Numbered from the stretch's first letter, positions 1 through 9,219 are shown. The stretch: 54,194 nt of DNA from an uncultured bacterium (GCA_905215105.1 CAJMOI010000001.1:1-54194); one strand, 5' to 3'. The notes: generated from the sequence alone by a model not told the origin. Numbers and translations: made by a program.

Positions 1-86
1 GGACTCCCGGTTGAACTTTCTCAACCAATGGTTGATTCGGTTGTAAACCGCTGGTTGTAAAGCCTTTTTTCCCTTTTCCAACCCCT

Positions 87-542
87 TTATCCATTGGCTC
101 TGTTCCCATATTCCTCCGCAAAATCCAGATCATAGCGGGTACCATGGGAAAACAGCACGCCCCGGGTAAGGCGGATGCACAGAATACAGGTGTTTTCATC
201 CTCAAAATCATTATGCCCGTTGTTAATCCAGGAAGCAAATGCCGCCTTTAATTTTTCTGCAATGCTTTTGTTTTCTTCCTTGCAGAACCATCCCAGATTG
301 ATTCCCTGACCGTGAGCGGTAAACCAGTCGCCGCATACGGCCACATTGGGGTTCTTGCGAAGCTGGGCTATTTTATTGGACAGACCATAGGTGATGACAT
401 AAAAGGCCCCGTCTTCATACCAGGCATTCACGGTACGGACATAGGGCATATCCCCGTCAACGGTAGCCACTGACAACAGCGTATCATGGCCAAAACGTTC
501 CTGCATAATCTCTTTTGCTTCCTGCGGAAAACTGCTTTTCAT
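87..542 (-). CDS. pyridoxamine 5'-phosphate oxidase-family (FMN-binding split-barrel) protein
   Basis: 151-aa ORF. The pattern LLSVATVDGD.PYVRTVN...GAFYVITY..SNK..QLRKNPNVAV is typical of PNPOx-like split-barrel proteins. A GGAGGAG Shine-Dalgarno (SD) sequence lies about 6 nt upstream of the ATG. Confidence 0.7.
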   Translation of the reverse strand: MKSSFPQEAKEIMQERFGHDTLLSVATVDGDMPYVRTVNAWYEDGAFYVITYGLSNKIAQLRKNPNVAVCGDWFTAHGQGINLGWFCKEENKSIAEKLKAAFASWINNGHNDFEDENTCILCIRLTRGVLFSHGTRYDLDFAEEYGNRANG

Positions 543-574
543 ATACCTCTCCTCCTTTTACGGCCATTGTATCA

Positions 575-620
575 CGCAAAAAAGAAAAGCACAAGCAAAG
601 GAACCATTCCTTCGCCTGTG
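575..620 (-). terminator. intrinsic terminator downstream of the small membrane-protein gene
   Basis: A 12/14-bp stem (586-599 pairs with 607-620) is followed on the minus strand by TTTTCTTTTTT. Confidence 0.55.
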
Positions 621-649
621 CTCAAAAATTCAAAAGGGATATCTGAAAC

Positions 650-928
650 TCATTTTTTAACCTCTGACAGAATCAGATTCAAACTGGGAAGATCCAGCGC
701 TATTGCCACCAGAATCCAAATCCAGTCCAGAGACAGAATGCCAACCAGTTTTCCGATCACAAACAGAATCGTAGCCCCCATGGGCACAAAGAAAATCAGA
801 ATGCAGCTGACCACCACCAGCCAGATCTCCATGGTCAGAATCCCCTGCACCTTCAAAACGATGCACAGAATCAGTTTGGCAAGCCCCGTCAAGGTCACTT
901 TTAAATCACTGACAAAAGTATCTTTCAT
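650..928 (-). CDS. small integral membrane protein (hypothetical)
   Basis: The ORF-track version (650..979) starts at a TTG with no RBS. The internal ATG at 928 is preceded by a GGAAGGAAG SD. The product is about 92 aa, mostly hydrophobic segments. Confidence 0.55.
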   Translation of the reverse strand: MKDTFVSDLKVTLTGLAKLILCIVLKVQGILTMEIWLVVVSCILIFFVPMGATILFVIGKLVGILSLDWIWILVAIALDLPSLNLILSEVKK

Positions 929-983
929 ATCCGCTCTTCCTTCCCTGTTTTCAATTTCCTCAAGCTTTCCCGTTTTCAAACAA

Positions 984-1025
984 TAAAAAAATTCCGGAAT
1001 ACCGACGTACTCCGGAATTTTTTAT
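984..1025. terminator. bidirectional intrinsic terminator
   Basis: A 9-bp stem AATTCCGGA/TCCGGAATT (990-998 and 1011-1019) has an A-run on one side and a T-run on the other. It lies downstream of the minus-strand gene ending at 1099. Confidence 0.6.
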
Positions 1026-1098
1026 TTGGCAACAAACGCAATTTACGATACGGGTTGCAAGCGGTTGCAAAGTTGCATTTTGTGCAACCAACAGAAAA

Positions 1099-1623
1099 TC
1101 AGAAACAGATTCTTATAAATCTTTCCAAAATTAAAATATGTTGGTCAACAGTGGAATTCGTTCCGGTAGAAAAGCCACCAAATCCGCCGCTGGTACTGTT
1201 GTGTCCTAACTCATTAGCATAAGCGAAGACCAATCGCCATCCATCTAATGCATAATCATTTAAAAGTCGAGTTACTTGTGTGGTTGTAAGTCCACCACCA
1301 TCATCGTCAACCAAACTTAATGTGGTATATTCATAATACCCTTCATAGCCTTTCGATTTTAGTGAATTGATCCGGTTTTCGAAAGCTTGTTTCTGACATT
1401 GGATTTGCCGTTCTCTCTCTGCTTGACGTGCGGCTTCCTCCTCTATTCTTTCTTTTCTTTCTCGTTCTTTAGCCTCCAACTCGAGTGCGTTTTCAGGGCG
1501 TGATGCGAGTTCGTCTCTTAATATTTTCAATTCCTCTTCCGAGTATAAATCGACCTGGTCTTCCAGAATCAACAATAAATCTTCTGTAGATAATTCTTTG
1601 GCTTCATTTTTGAAATTGTCCAC
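1099..1623 (-). CDS. hypothetical protein: acidic N-terminus, E/R/K-rich coiled coil, C-terminal DUF4177-like domain
   Basis: GTG start at 1623 with a GGAGGA SD 7 nt upstream. The C-terminal YEYTTLSL....GGGL......LN.YALDGWRLV resembles the DUF4177 pattern. The gene is conspicuously AT-rich. Confidence 0.6.
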   Translation of the reverse strand: MDNFKNEAKELSTEDLLLILEDQVDLYSEEELKILRDELASRPENALELEAKERERKERIEEEAARQAERERQIQCQKQAFENRINSLKSKGYEGYYEYTTLSLVDDDGGGLTTTQVTRLLNDYALDGWRLVFAYANELGHNSTSGGFGGFSTGTNSTVDQHILILERFIRICF

Positions 1624-1648
1624 AACGATTTCCTCCGTTTTTTATTTG

Positions 1649-1677
1649 ATTATACCATAAACATATTGAATTTTCAA
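1649..1677 (-). promoter_or_regulatory. sigma-A-type promoter for the 1099..1623 gene
   Basis: On the minus strand: TTGAAA (1677-1672), 17-nt spacer, TATAAT (1654-1649), with TG at the extended -10 position. Confidence 0.6.
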
Positions 1678-1678
1678 T

Positions 1679-1777
1679 GACAATGATACTATTCTTTGAC
1701 ACGATGAAACTTTTCTCCCACAATGAAACTAATCTCATTCACAATGAAATTATTCTATTGAGAATAGTTTCATTGTG
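1679..1777. repeat. iteron-like array: four direct copies and one inverted copy of an 18-mer (consensus CACAATGAAACTATTCTC)
   Basis: Direct copies start at 1679 (gacaatgatactattctt), 1700 (cacgatgaaacttttctc), 1719 (cacaatgaaactaatctc) and 1740 (cacaatgaaattattcta). The inverted copy is at 1760-1777 (revcomp cacaatgaaactattctc). Spacing is 19-21 bp. Confidence 0.8.
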
Positions 1778-1844
1778 GATTTCCGTTGTGCTGCAATGGA
1801 TCAAATCATCCCTAAAAAGCACCGAAGGGAGTGCCAGAGAATGG

Positions 1845-1860
1845 CACAATGAAATTACTC
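1845..1860 (+). repeat. sixth, detached copy of the 18-mer repeat
   Basis: cacaatgaaattactc matches the consensus of the 1679-1777 array. Confidence 0.6.
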
Positions 1861-1904
1861 TTTTTCGTCCCGTAGCCGAAAAGCCTTGTAGGACAAGGGT
1901 TTTT

Positions 1905-1959
1905 ACAAAAAGAAAAAGAACGAAAGTTGCAATCCCAATGGTATCATAACTTTCGTTCT
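1905..1959 (-). terminator. intrinsic terminator of the tRNA operon
   Basis: A 12-bp stem AGAACGAAAGTT/AACTTTCGTTCT (1917-1928 and 1948-1959) is followed on the minus strand by TTTTCTTTTTG. Confidence 0.65.
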
Positions 1960-1963
1960 TATT

Positions 1964-2040
1964 TGGTGGACACGAGGGGACTCGAACCCATGACCTCTCG
2001 CGTGTGAGGCGAGCGCTCTAACCAGCTGAGCTACGCGTCC
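1964..2040 (-). tRNA. tRNA-Val (anticodon CAC)
   Basis: The reverse complement reads GGACGCGTAGCTCAGCTGGTTAGAGCGCTCGCCTCACACGCGAG...GGTTCGAGTCCCCTCGTGTCCACCA. It folds as a cloverleaf with anticodon loop CTCACAC and an encoded CCA. Confidence 0.9.
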
Positions 2041-2047
2041 TTATTTT

Positions 2048-2077
2048 GAAACCTCCGAGAAATTTCTCGGAGGTTTC
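2048..2077. other. perfect 13-bp hairpin filling the tRNA-Glu/tRNA-Val spacer
   Basis: GAAACCTCCGAGA-aatt-TCTCGGAGGTTTC. No U-run follows on either strand. Confidence 0.7.
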
Positions 2078-2080
2078 TAT

Positions 2081-2155
2081 TGGTGACCCGGACGAGATTC
2101 GAACTCGTGAACCCGCCGTGAAAGGGCGGTGTCTTAACCGCTTGACGACCGGGCC
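2081..2155 (-). tRNA. tRNA-Glu (anticodon TTC)
   Basis: The reverse complement reads GGCCCGGTCGTCAAGCGGTTAAGACACCGCCCTTTCACGGCGG...GTTCGAATCTCGTCCGGGTCACCA. This is very close to the classic Firmicutes tRNA-Glu. Confidence 0.9.
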
Positions 2156-2158
2156 ATT

Positions 2159-2235
2159 TGGTAGCGGCAAATGGATTCGAACCATCGACACTTCGGGTAT
2201 GAACCGAATGCTCTAGCCAACTGAGCTATGCCGCC
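2159..2235 (-). tRNA. tRNA-Met (anticodon CAT), elongator type
   Basis: The reverse complement reads GGCGGCATAGCTCAGTTGGCTAGAGCATTCGGTTCATACCCGAAG...GGTTCGAATCCATTTGCCGCTACCA. The anticodon stem lacks the initiator GGG/CCC signature. A tRNA-Ile2 (lysidine) identity cannot be formally excluded. Confidence 0.85.
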
Positions 2236-2271
2236 ATAATTGCGCTTCGTTTTCGGTACGGAGCGTTATTG

Positions 2272-2301
2272 ATTATACATGATGCATGTCCCATTTGTCA
2301 A
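2272..2301 (-). promoter_or_regulatory. promoter of the tRNA operon
   Basis: On the minus strand: TTGACA (2301-2296), 18-nt spacer, TATAAT (2277-2272). Confidence 0.6.
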
Positions 2302-2322
2302 TAGGAAAACGAAAAATTTTTC

Positions 2323-2359
2323 AAAAAAATTCTGCCGCAGGGGATTTCCTGCGGCAGAA
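2323..2359 (-). terminator. guaB intrinsic terminator
   Basis: An 11-bp stem TCTGCCGCAGG/CCTGCGGCAGA (2331-2341 and 2349-2359) is followed on the minus strand by ATTTTTTT. Confidence 0.75.
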
Positions 2360-2370
2360 ACTCAATTTTC

Positions 2371-3942
<1,572 letters not shown>

Positions 3943-4126
3943 CCGGGCGCATCGAAAGCCGGCACGAAGTTTTTTCGTTTTTTCGGCGGTTTTTCGGGTA
4001 TTTTCTTCAAAATCCGCGAACACGGTCGCTTTTTGCGGAAAAACTTGCAATTCTTCCCGTTTTCTTTCGTTTTCTCCTGCTATCTCTTTAACGTGTTGAT
4101 GTGATAACTCTATGCATTCCAGGGTA

Positions 4127-4867
4127 TCAATCCTGCTGCTCCCGCTGTGTCAGCTCCGCCGAAGCCTCAAAGGCTCTTCCCCGGCTGTTCTCACCGTACA
4201 GCAGCACCTGCCCGTCCTTTTCCGCACCAAAAATCCGGATCACTTCTCCCAGCAGGCTCTCGTTGACAAAGTTGATCTGTACCCGGCTGAGCTTTTTTCC
4301 CATGATGCCGCCGGGAGCGAAATCATAGAAAATATCCCCGTAAATGGCGTTGTTCAAATGGCCGTTGTAATCCAGATCAGAATACCGGATGACCCGTTCC
4401 CCCAGAAAGGGCAGCCCTTCGATTTTGATACGGGAAAGCACATGATCCGTCACGCCGTTTGCGGAAGCGTCCAGCCCATAGGCCGCAAACTTTCTCGGAT
4501 GCAGAATCCGGTGGGTCTGGGTATTGGCCGCCACACTGCACTGCATCACATAGGCGATGGATTCCTCCCCCACAAAAAACTCATAGTCCCGATAGAACTC
4601 CGCACCGCGCACGCCCTGGGGTTTTGTCACCACCCGCAGCTCTTCCGTATGGGCGGGCATTCTTTTAATGGTGCTTTCGCTTTTGGTAATGAGAAAGACC
4701 ATCCCGTCTTCCTTCAATTTTTCATAGCCTACCCCCAGCGCTGCCAGGTGCTTTTCGCTGGTTTCCTGACAAATGCGCAGCATGGTGGAGAGCTTCATTT
4801 CACTCTGGGCATCCACTTCAAAGGTAGCTACCCGCCAGTGGTTTTCATATTGCCGGATATCGGCCAT
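4127..4867 (-). CDS. acyl-[acyl-carrier-protein] thioesterase (double hot-dog, FatA/B-like)
   Basis: The start is moved to the ATG at 4867 (MADIRQYE...) because it has a GGGGAG SD. The second hot-dog domain carries the motif YSDLDYNGHLNN. Confidence 0.8.
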   Translation of the reverse strand: MADIRQYENHWRVATFEVDAQSEMKLSTMLRICQETSEKHLAALGVGYEKLKEDGMVFLITKSESTIKRMPAHTEELRVVTKPQGVRGAEFYRDYEFFVGEESIAYVMQCSVAANTQTHRILHPRKFAAYGLDASANGVTDHVLSRIKIEGLPFLGERVIRYSDLDYNGHLNNAIYGDIFYDFAPGGIMGKKLSRVQINFVNESLLGEVIRIFGAEKDGQVLLYGENSRGRAFEASAELTQREQQD

Positions 4868-4884
4868 GGCTTTCTCCCCTTTTT

Positions 4885-4929
4885 TGAAAATGAAAAGCAG
4901 GGACGCCCGGAGTATTTCCGGCGTCCCTG
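4885..4929 (-). terminator. serS intrinsic terminator
   Basis: A GC-rich stem CAGGGACGCC.../...GGCGTCCCTG (4898-4929) is followed on the minus strand by CTTTTCATTTTC. Confidence 0.7.
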
Positions 4930-4942
4930 TTTGTTTGTACAA

Positions 4943-6220
4943 TCAGCGAATGACGTCAATTCCCATATACGGGCGCAGCACCTCAGGCACAGTCACGCTG
5001 CCGTCGGCGTTCTGATACTGCTCTACGATGGCGGGCATCACGCGGCTGGTGGCCAGACCGGAAGCATTCAGGGTGTGGACAAACTGCAGCTTCTTGTCCT
5101 CTCCGCGGAACTTCACATTGCCGCGGCGTGCCTGATAGTCCCGTGCATTGGAAGCGGAGCTGACCTCCTTGTAAATGCCCATGCTGGGAATCCACACTTC
5201 GATATCATAGGTGCGGGCCATGGAGAAGGAGCAGTCACCGGCTGCCAGCTTGCTCAGGCGGTAATGGAGGCCCAGTTCCTGTACCAGACGCTCTGCCTTC
5301 ATCACCAGCTCGTCAAAAGCAGCGTCGGACTGGTCGGGGCGGGTGTACTGCACCATTTCCACCTTGTTGAACTGGTGGCCGCGGATCATGCCGCGCTCTT
5401 CGGAGCGGTAGCTGCCTGCTTCACGGCGATAGCAGGGGGTGTACGCAATATACTTGCGGGGCAGATCCTCGTCGGTGAGAATCTCATCCCGATGCAGGTT
5501 GACCAGTGCGGTTTCAGCAGTGGGCAGCAGGAACTTTTTGTCTGCGCTGGTGGGGTTCTGAATCCAGTAAACCTCTTCGCTGAACTTGGGGAACTGACCG
5601 GCCACATAGCCGCATTCATAGTTGAGCATGTGAGGGGGCAGAATCAGCTCATAGCCGTCCTTCAGGTGCTCGTTGATGAAGAAGTTGAGCAGTGCCCACT
5701 CCATCCGTGCGCCTGCGCCGCGATAAATCCAGGCGCCGTTGCCGCCCAGCTTTGCGCCGCGCTGATAATCGATCATGCCCAGGCTCTCGCACAGGTCCAC
5801 ATGGTTCTTGGCTTCGAAATCAAACTTGGGCTGCTCGCCGAAATAGTGCAGGGGCACGTTCTGCTCCTTGCCGCCGGCCACCACGTTCTCGTCGGGCATA
5901 TTGGGCAGAGACAGCATCAGATCCTGCTGCTTCTCTTCCAGCTGTCCCAGCTGTGCGTCGGCTTCCTTAATCTGGTCAGCCAATGCCTTCATTCTGGCCA
6001 TCAGTTCGGTGGTGTCCTCGCCGGCCTTCTTCATCTGGGGAATTTTCTTGGTGTCGGCGTTGCGCTCGGCCTTCATGGCTTCCACCGTACCGGTGAGCTC
6101 GCGGCGCTTGGCGTCGATGTCCAGAATCTCATCCACAATGTGGTCCAGGTTCATTTCTCTCTTCTTGATGTTGGCTTTCACCAGATCAGGATTGGTGCGA
6201 ATCAGCTTAATGTCCAGCAT
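4943..6220 (-). CDS. serS: seryl-tRNA synthetase
   Basis: 425 aa. It has the N-terminal coiled-coil arm (MLDIKLIR...) and a class II core (YTPCYRREAGS..., GLATSR). Confidence 0.97.
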   Translation of the reverse strand: MLDIKLIRTNPDLVKANIKKREMNLDHIVDEILDIDAKRRELTGTVEAMKAERNADTKKIPQMKKAGEDTTELMARMKALADQIKEADAQLGQLEEKQQDLMLSLPNMPDENVVAGGKEQNVPLHYFGEQPKFDFEAKNHVDLCESLGMIDYQRGAKLGGNGAWIYRGAGARMEWALLNFFINEHLKDGYELILPPHMLNYECGYVAGQFPKFSEEVYWIQNPTSADKKFLLPTAETALVNLHRDEILTDEDLPRKYIAYTPCYRREAGSYRSEERGMIRGHQFNKVEMVQYTRPDQSDAAFDELVMKAERLVQELGLHYRLSKLAAGDCSFSMARTYDIEVWIPSMGIYKEVSSASNARDYQARRGNVKFRGEDKKLQFVHTLNASGLATSRVMPAIVEQYQNADGSVTVPEVLRPYMGIDVIR

Positions 6221-6272
6221 GTTCCTATTCCTCTCTTTTTGTTAGCGTATATTCTATATTGATCTGAAATAC

Positions 6273-7142
6273 TCAGATTTCATCAGGTTCTTTGAATTCA
6301 ATAGAAGCCATCAGCCGCTGCAAATCCTCTTCTCCATAGAATTCAATTTGCAGAACGCCTTTTTTCCCATTGCCTGCCACCCGGACTTTCCGGCCCAGAT
6401 GCTCATGCAGGGAAAGCTCCACTTCATCAAAGTAGGTACACCGGCTGACAACAGGCGTCTCTTTTCCGGAAGACTCCTGAGCGGCCTTTTTGGCCAGCTT
6501 TTCCAGCTGACGGACAGAAAGGCCTTCCGCCGCTGCTTTCCGGGCCACTGCCACCATCAGCTCTTCATCGGCAAAGGCCAGCAGCGCTCTGCCGTGACCG
6601 GCGGAAAGTTCTCCCCTCTCCACCATGTCCTGAATCTCCTGTGGCAGTCCCAGCAGCCGCATGGCGTTGGTCACCGCCGGGCGGGACTTGCCCACGGTTT
6701 TGGCCACTTCTTCCTGTGTCAGTTCATATTTTTCCAACAGGGTCTGATACCCCCTGGCTTCTTCCAGCGGCGTTAAGTCCTCCCGCTGTAAGTTTTCAAT
6801 CAGCGCCAGCTCCATCACTTCGCCGTCGTTCATTTCCCGAACCATAGCCGGAACTTCCGAAAGCCCCGCCATCCGGGCTGCACGCCAGCGGCGTTCACCG
6901 GCGACGATCTGATAGCCGCCGCCGAAAATCGGCCGTACCAGCAGCGGCTGTAACACGCCGTGCTGACTGATGGAGTCTGCCAGCTCTGCCATGGCCTTTT
7001 CGTCAAAATCTTTTCGGGGCTGCTCCCGGTTGGGTTCCAGCTCGCTGATCCGAAGCATCACGGCTCCGCTGCCGGACTCCTGGGTGTTCTCCGCGAAGAT
7101 GGCGTCCAGCCCTCTTCCCAGTCCCCCTTTTTTCACACTCAC
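6273..7142 (-). CDS. spo0J: chromosome partitioning protein ParB/Spo0J
   Basis: 289 aa. It has the GLGRGLDAIF N-terminus, the GERRWRAA box, an HTH and the LSAGHGRALL motif. Confidence 0.95.
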   Translation of the reverse strand: MSVKKGGLGRGLDAIFAENTQESGSGAVMLRISELEPNREQPRKDFDEKAMAELADSISQHGVLQPLLVRPIFGGGYQIVAGERRWRAARMAGLSEVPAMVREMNDGEVMELALIENLQREDLTPLEEARGYQTLLEKYELTQEEVAKTVGKSRPAVTNAMRLLGLPQEIQDMVERGELSAGHGRALLAFADEELMVAVARKAAAEGLSVRQLEKLAKKAAQESSGKETPVVSRCTYFDEVELSLHEHLGRKVRVAGNGKKGVLQIEFYGEEDLQRLMASIEFKEPDEI

Positions 7143-7154
7143 GCTCGCCCCTCC

Positions 7155-7919
7155 TTATCGATGATTTTGTTCCACTTCTTTTGCCAGCTCCCGATAGGCC
7201 TTTGCGCCCTTGGAAGAACGGTCAAAATAGAGGATGGGCTTTCCAAAGCTGGGGGCTTCCGAAAGCCGGACCGTTCTGGGAATGGTGGTGGCAAATACCT
7301 TTCTGGGGAAGTACTTCTTTACTTCCTCCACCACCTGCTGGGTCAGGTTCAGCCGTCCGTCGTACATGGTCAGCAGCACGCCCTCCAGATCCAGCTGCTC
7401 ATTATACTGACGCTTGACCCGGCGCACACTGTTCATCAGCTGGGACAGTCCCTCCAGCGCGTAATACTCGCACTGAATGGGCACCAGCAGCGTGTCCGCT
7501 GCGCACAGCGCGTTGGTGGTGATGATGCCCAGAGACGGCGGACAGTCGATGATGATATAGTCATACACTTCCCGCAGTGTCAGCAGGGCTTTTTTCAAAA
7601 GCGCCTCCCGGTGCTCCTGAGAAATCAGTTCCAGCTCCGCCGCCGCCAGATTCATGCTGGAGGGCAGGATATCCAGATTCTGATAATCCGTATGAACCAG
7701 AATCTCCTCTACGCCGCATTCTCCGATGAGCAGCTCATACACCGTTTTCCGGCTGTGTTTCCGGTCAATGCCCACGCCGCTGGAGGAGTTTCCCTGGGGG
7801 TCGGAATCCACCAGCAGGGTCTTTTTTCCCATCTCTCCCAATGCCGCGGAAAGGTTCACCGCCGTGGTGGTTTTACCCACGCCGCCTTTCTGATTGGCAA
7901 CCGCAATGATTGTTCCCAT
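7155..7919 (-). CDS. soj: chromosome partitioning ATPase ParA/Soj
   Basis: 254 aa with the deviant Walker A motif NQKGGVGKTT. Confidence 0.95.
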   Translation of the reverse strand: MGTIIAVANQKGGVGKTTTAVNLSAALGEMGKKTLLVDSDPQGNSSSGVGIDRKHSRKTVYELLIGECGVEEILVHTDYQNLDILPSSMNLAAAELELISQEHREALLKKALLTLREVYDYIIIDCPPSLGIITTNALCAADTLLVPIQCEYYALEGLSQLMNSVRRVKRQYNEQLDLEGVLLTMYDGRLNLTQQVVEEVKKYFPRKVFATTIPRTVRLSEAPSFGKPILYFDRSSKGAKAYRELAKEVEQNHR

Positions 7920-8058
7920 GGAAACGCCCCTTTCTTACTGTAAACCATGTGATAACGATTTTCATTATAGCACGTTTCCCCCATAAGAAAAAGGGATTTT
8001 TCCCGGAAATTCCCGAAACTCCGCTTTTTTTGCCTGTTTTTTTAGAGGATATCTGGAA

Positions 8059-8074
8059 TGTTTCACGTGAAACG
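8059..8074. promoter_or_regulatory. parS site (15/16 match to TGTTNCACGTGAAACA)
   Basis: tgtttcacgtgaaacg, in the soj-noc intergenic region. Confidence 0.85.
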
Positions 8075-8100
8075 CTCTCTTTCTTCCTTTGCTGTCCCGA

Positions 8101-8116
8101 TGTTTCACGTGAAACA
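8101..8116. promoter_or_regulatory. parS site (perfect 16-bp palindrome)
   Basis: tgtttcacgtgaaaca. Confidence 0.9.
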
Positions 8117-8119
8117 TGG

Positions 8120-8165
8120 AAAAAAGCCAGCCCGGAAGCACTTGGCTTTGCCCGGCTGGCTTTTT
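8120..8165 (-). terminator. terminator after noc (bidirectional architecture)
   Basis: The stem GCCAGCCCGG/CCGGCTGGC (8126-8135 and 8151-8160, one bulge) is flanked by an A-run and a T-run. Confidence 0.65.
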
Positions 8166-8222
8166 CCAACAGGAAATGAATAAGGGAATGTTATGAACTT
8201 GTACTCGTTTTCAGCAGCCTGT

Positions 8223-9071
8223 TTATGCGCCCTTTTGGCCCGGCTGTCGGCCGTCTGGTTCCTTAGGTTTTTTGGGCGCTGCGGTTTTGGGAATGGTGAC
8301 GGTATACTCGAAATAATCGCCCATATCCCGGCGGTTGGCGCTGGCCTTGATGCCTGCGTTTTTCATGGTCTCAATGGCGTGGTCGATGGTGTTGATAAAA
8401 ATCCGGATATCCTTTGCAATGAAGGTCCGGCAAGGCCGTTTGGGCTTCTGGGCCTGGGAAAGGAACTCCTCCACCAGCTGTTCTGTCTGGCGCACATTCA
8501 GGTTCTTTTCAATGGCCTGTTTCAGAATCTTCTGCCGCGGCTCCGCTTCCGTTACCCGAATCAACGCCCGGGCGTGGCGCTCGGAAAGGCCGCTTTCGGT
8601 GATCTGTGCCCGTTCCTCCGGCGTCAGCCGCAGCAGCCGCAGCTTGTTGGCAATGGCCGACTGACTCTTCCCCAAACGGCGGGCAGCCTCCTCCTGGGTC
8701 ACGCCCCAATCCTCAATCAGGCGGCGAATGCCCTCGGCTTCCTCAAAGATCTGTAAGTCCTGCCGCTGCAAGTTTTCCAGAATGGCCAACACCGCCGACT
8801 GTGCGTCGCTGCACTCGTGAACAAGGCAGGGGACCGATTTCAGCCCGGCCAGCATACAGGCACGCCAACGGCGTTCCCCGGCAATGATTTCAAAATCCTC
8901 ACCGCTTTTCCGTACCGAGATAGGCTGGAGAAGACCGTTCACCGCGATGCTGCGGGCCAGTCCCTCCAGCTCTTCCCGAGAGAAAACCTTGCGGGGCTGA
9001 TGAGGATTGGGAACCAGCCGGGTTACGGGCAGCTGAATGATCTTTCTCTTTTCCTGCTGTGTAAAAATCAA
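8223..9071 (-). CDS. noc: ParB-family nucleoid-occlusion-like protein (Noc/Spo0J paralog)
   Basis: The start is trimmed to the TTG at 9071, which has a GAGGAGG SD 7 nt upstream. The product is 282 aa with GERRWRAC and the Noc-type LSERHARALI motif. The gene sits between rsmG and soj, as in other Firmicutes. Confidence 0.8.
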   Translation of the reverse strand: MIFTQQEKRKIIQLPVTRLVPNPHQPRKVFSREELEGLARSIAVNGLLQPISVRKSGEDFEIIAGERRWRACMLAGLKSVPCLVHECSDAQSAVLAILENLQRQDLQIFEEAEGIRRLIEDWGVTQEEAARRLGKSQSAIANKLRLLRLTPEERAQITESGLSERHARALIRVTEAEPRQKILKQAIEKNLNVRQTEQLVEEFLSQAQKPKRPCRTFIAKDIRIFINTIDHAIETMKNAGIKASANRRDMGDYFEYTVTIPKTAAPKKPKEPDGRQPGQKGA

Positions 9072-9190
9072 GGCCTGTCCTCCTCTCGCTGGTTCTGCAA
9101 AGAGTATAGCACAGGCCCTGTGTATGATTTTGTTGAAACCCGACGGGTGAAAAATTTTCTTTTCGGGCTTTCTACATGTTGGTTTTAAGG

Positions 9191-9206
9191 CCTTCCACGT
9201 GGAAGG
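9191..9206. promoter_or_regulatory. perfect 16-bp palindrome CCTTCCACGTGGAAGG (parS-related core; function unknown)
   Basis: It shares the CACGTG centre with parS but differs symmetrically in the arms. It lies between the rsmG stop and the noc start. Confidence 0.3.
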
Positions 9207-9219
9207 ATTCCCCTGAGTC

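Noticed and set aside
1677-1949. 90-aa plus-strand ORF in the AT-rich islet.
   Set aside because: It has no RBS. It is composed largely of the translated 18-mer repeat array (recurring HNE/NEI strings) and runs into the tRNA-operon terminator. It is better explained as non-coding regulatory or repeat DNA.
6221-6272. Expected T-box leader upstream of serS.
   Set aside because: Only 52 nt separate serS from spo0J, and no T-box core or specifier structure is present. serS appears to be co-transcribed with soj-spo0J.
7996-8010. NBS-like strings (Noc-binding site consensus ATTTCCCGGGAAAT): atttttcccggaaat here, plus half-sites tttcccggg (about 21727) and ccccgggaaaa (about 39756).
   Set aside because: None reproduces the full dyad. 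The centre is shifted by one base or only one half-site matches. The latter two lie within promoter spacers, where CCCGGG may be coincidental.
7873-8179. ORFs of 89-98 aa in the soj-noc intergenic region.
   Set aside because: They overlap the two parS palindromes and a terminator on both strands. They have no RBS and a low-complexity translation.
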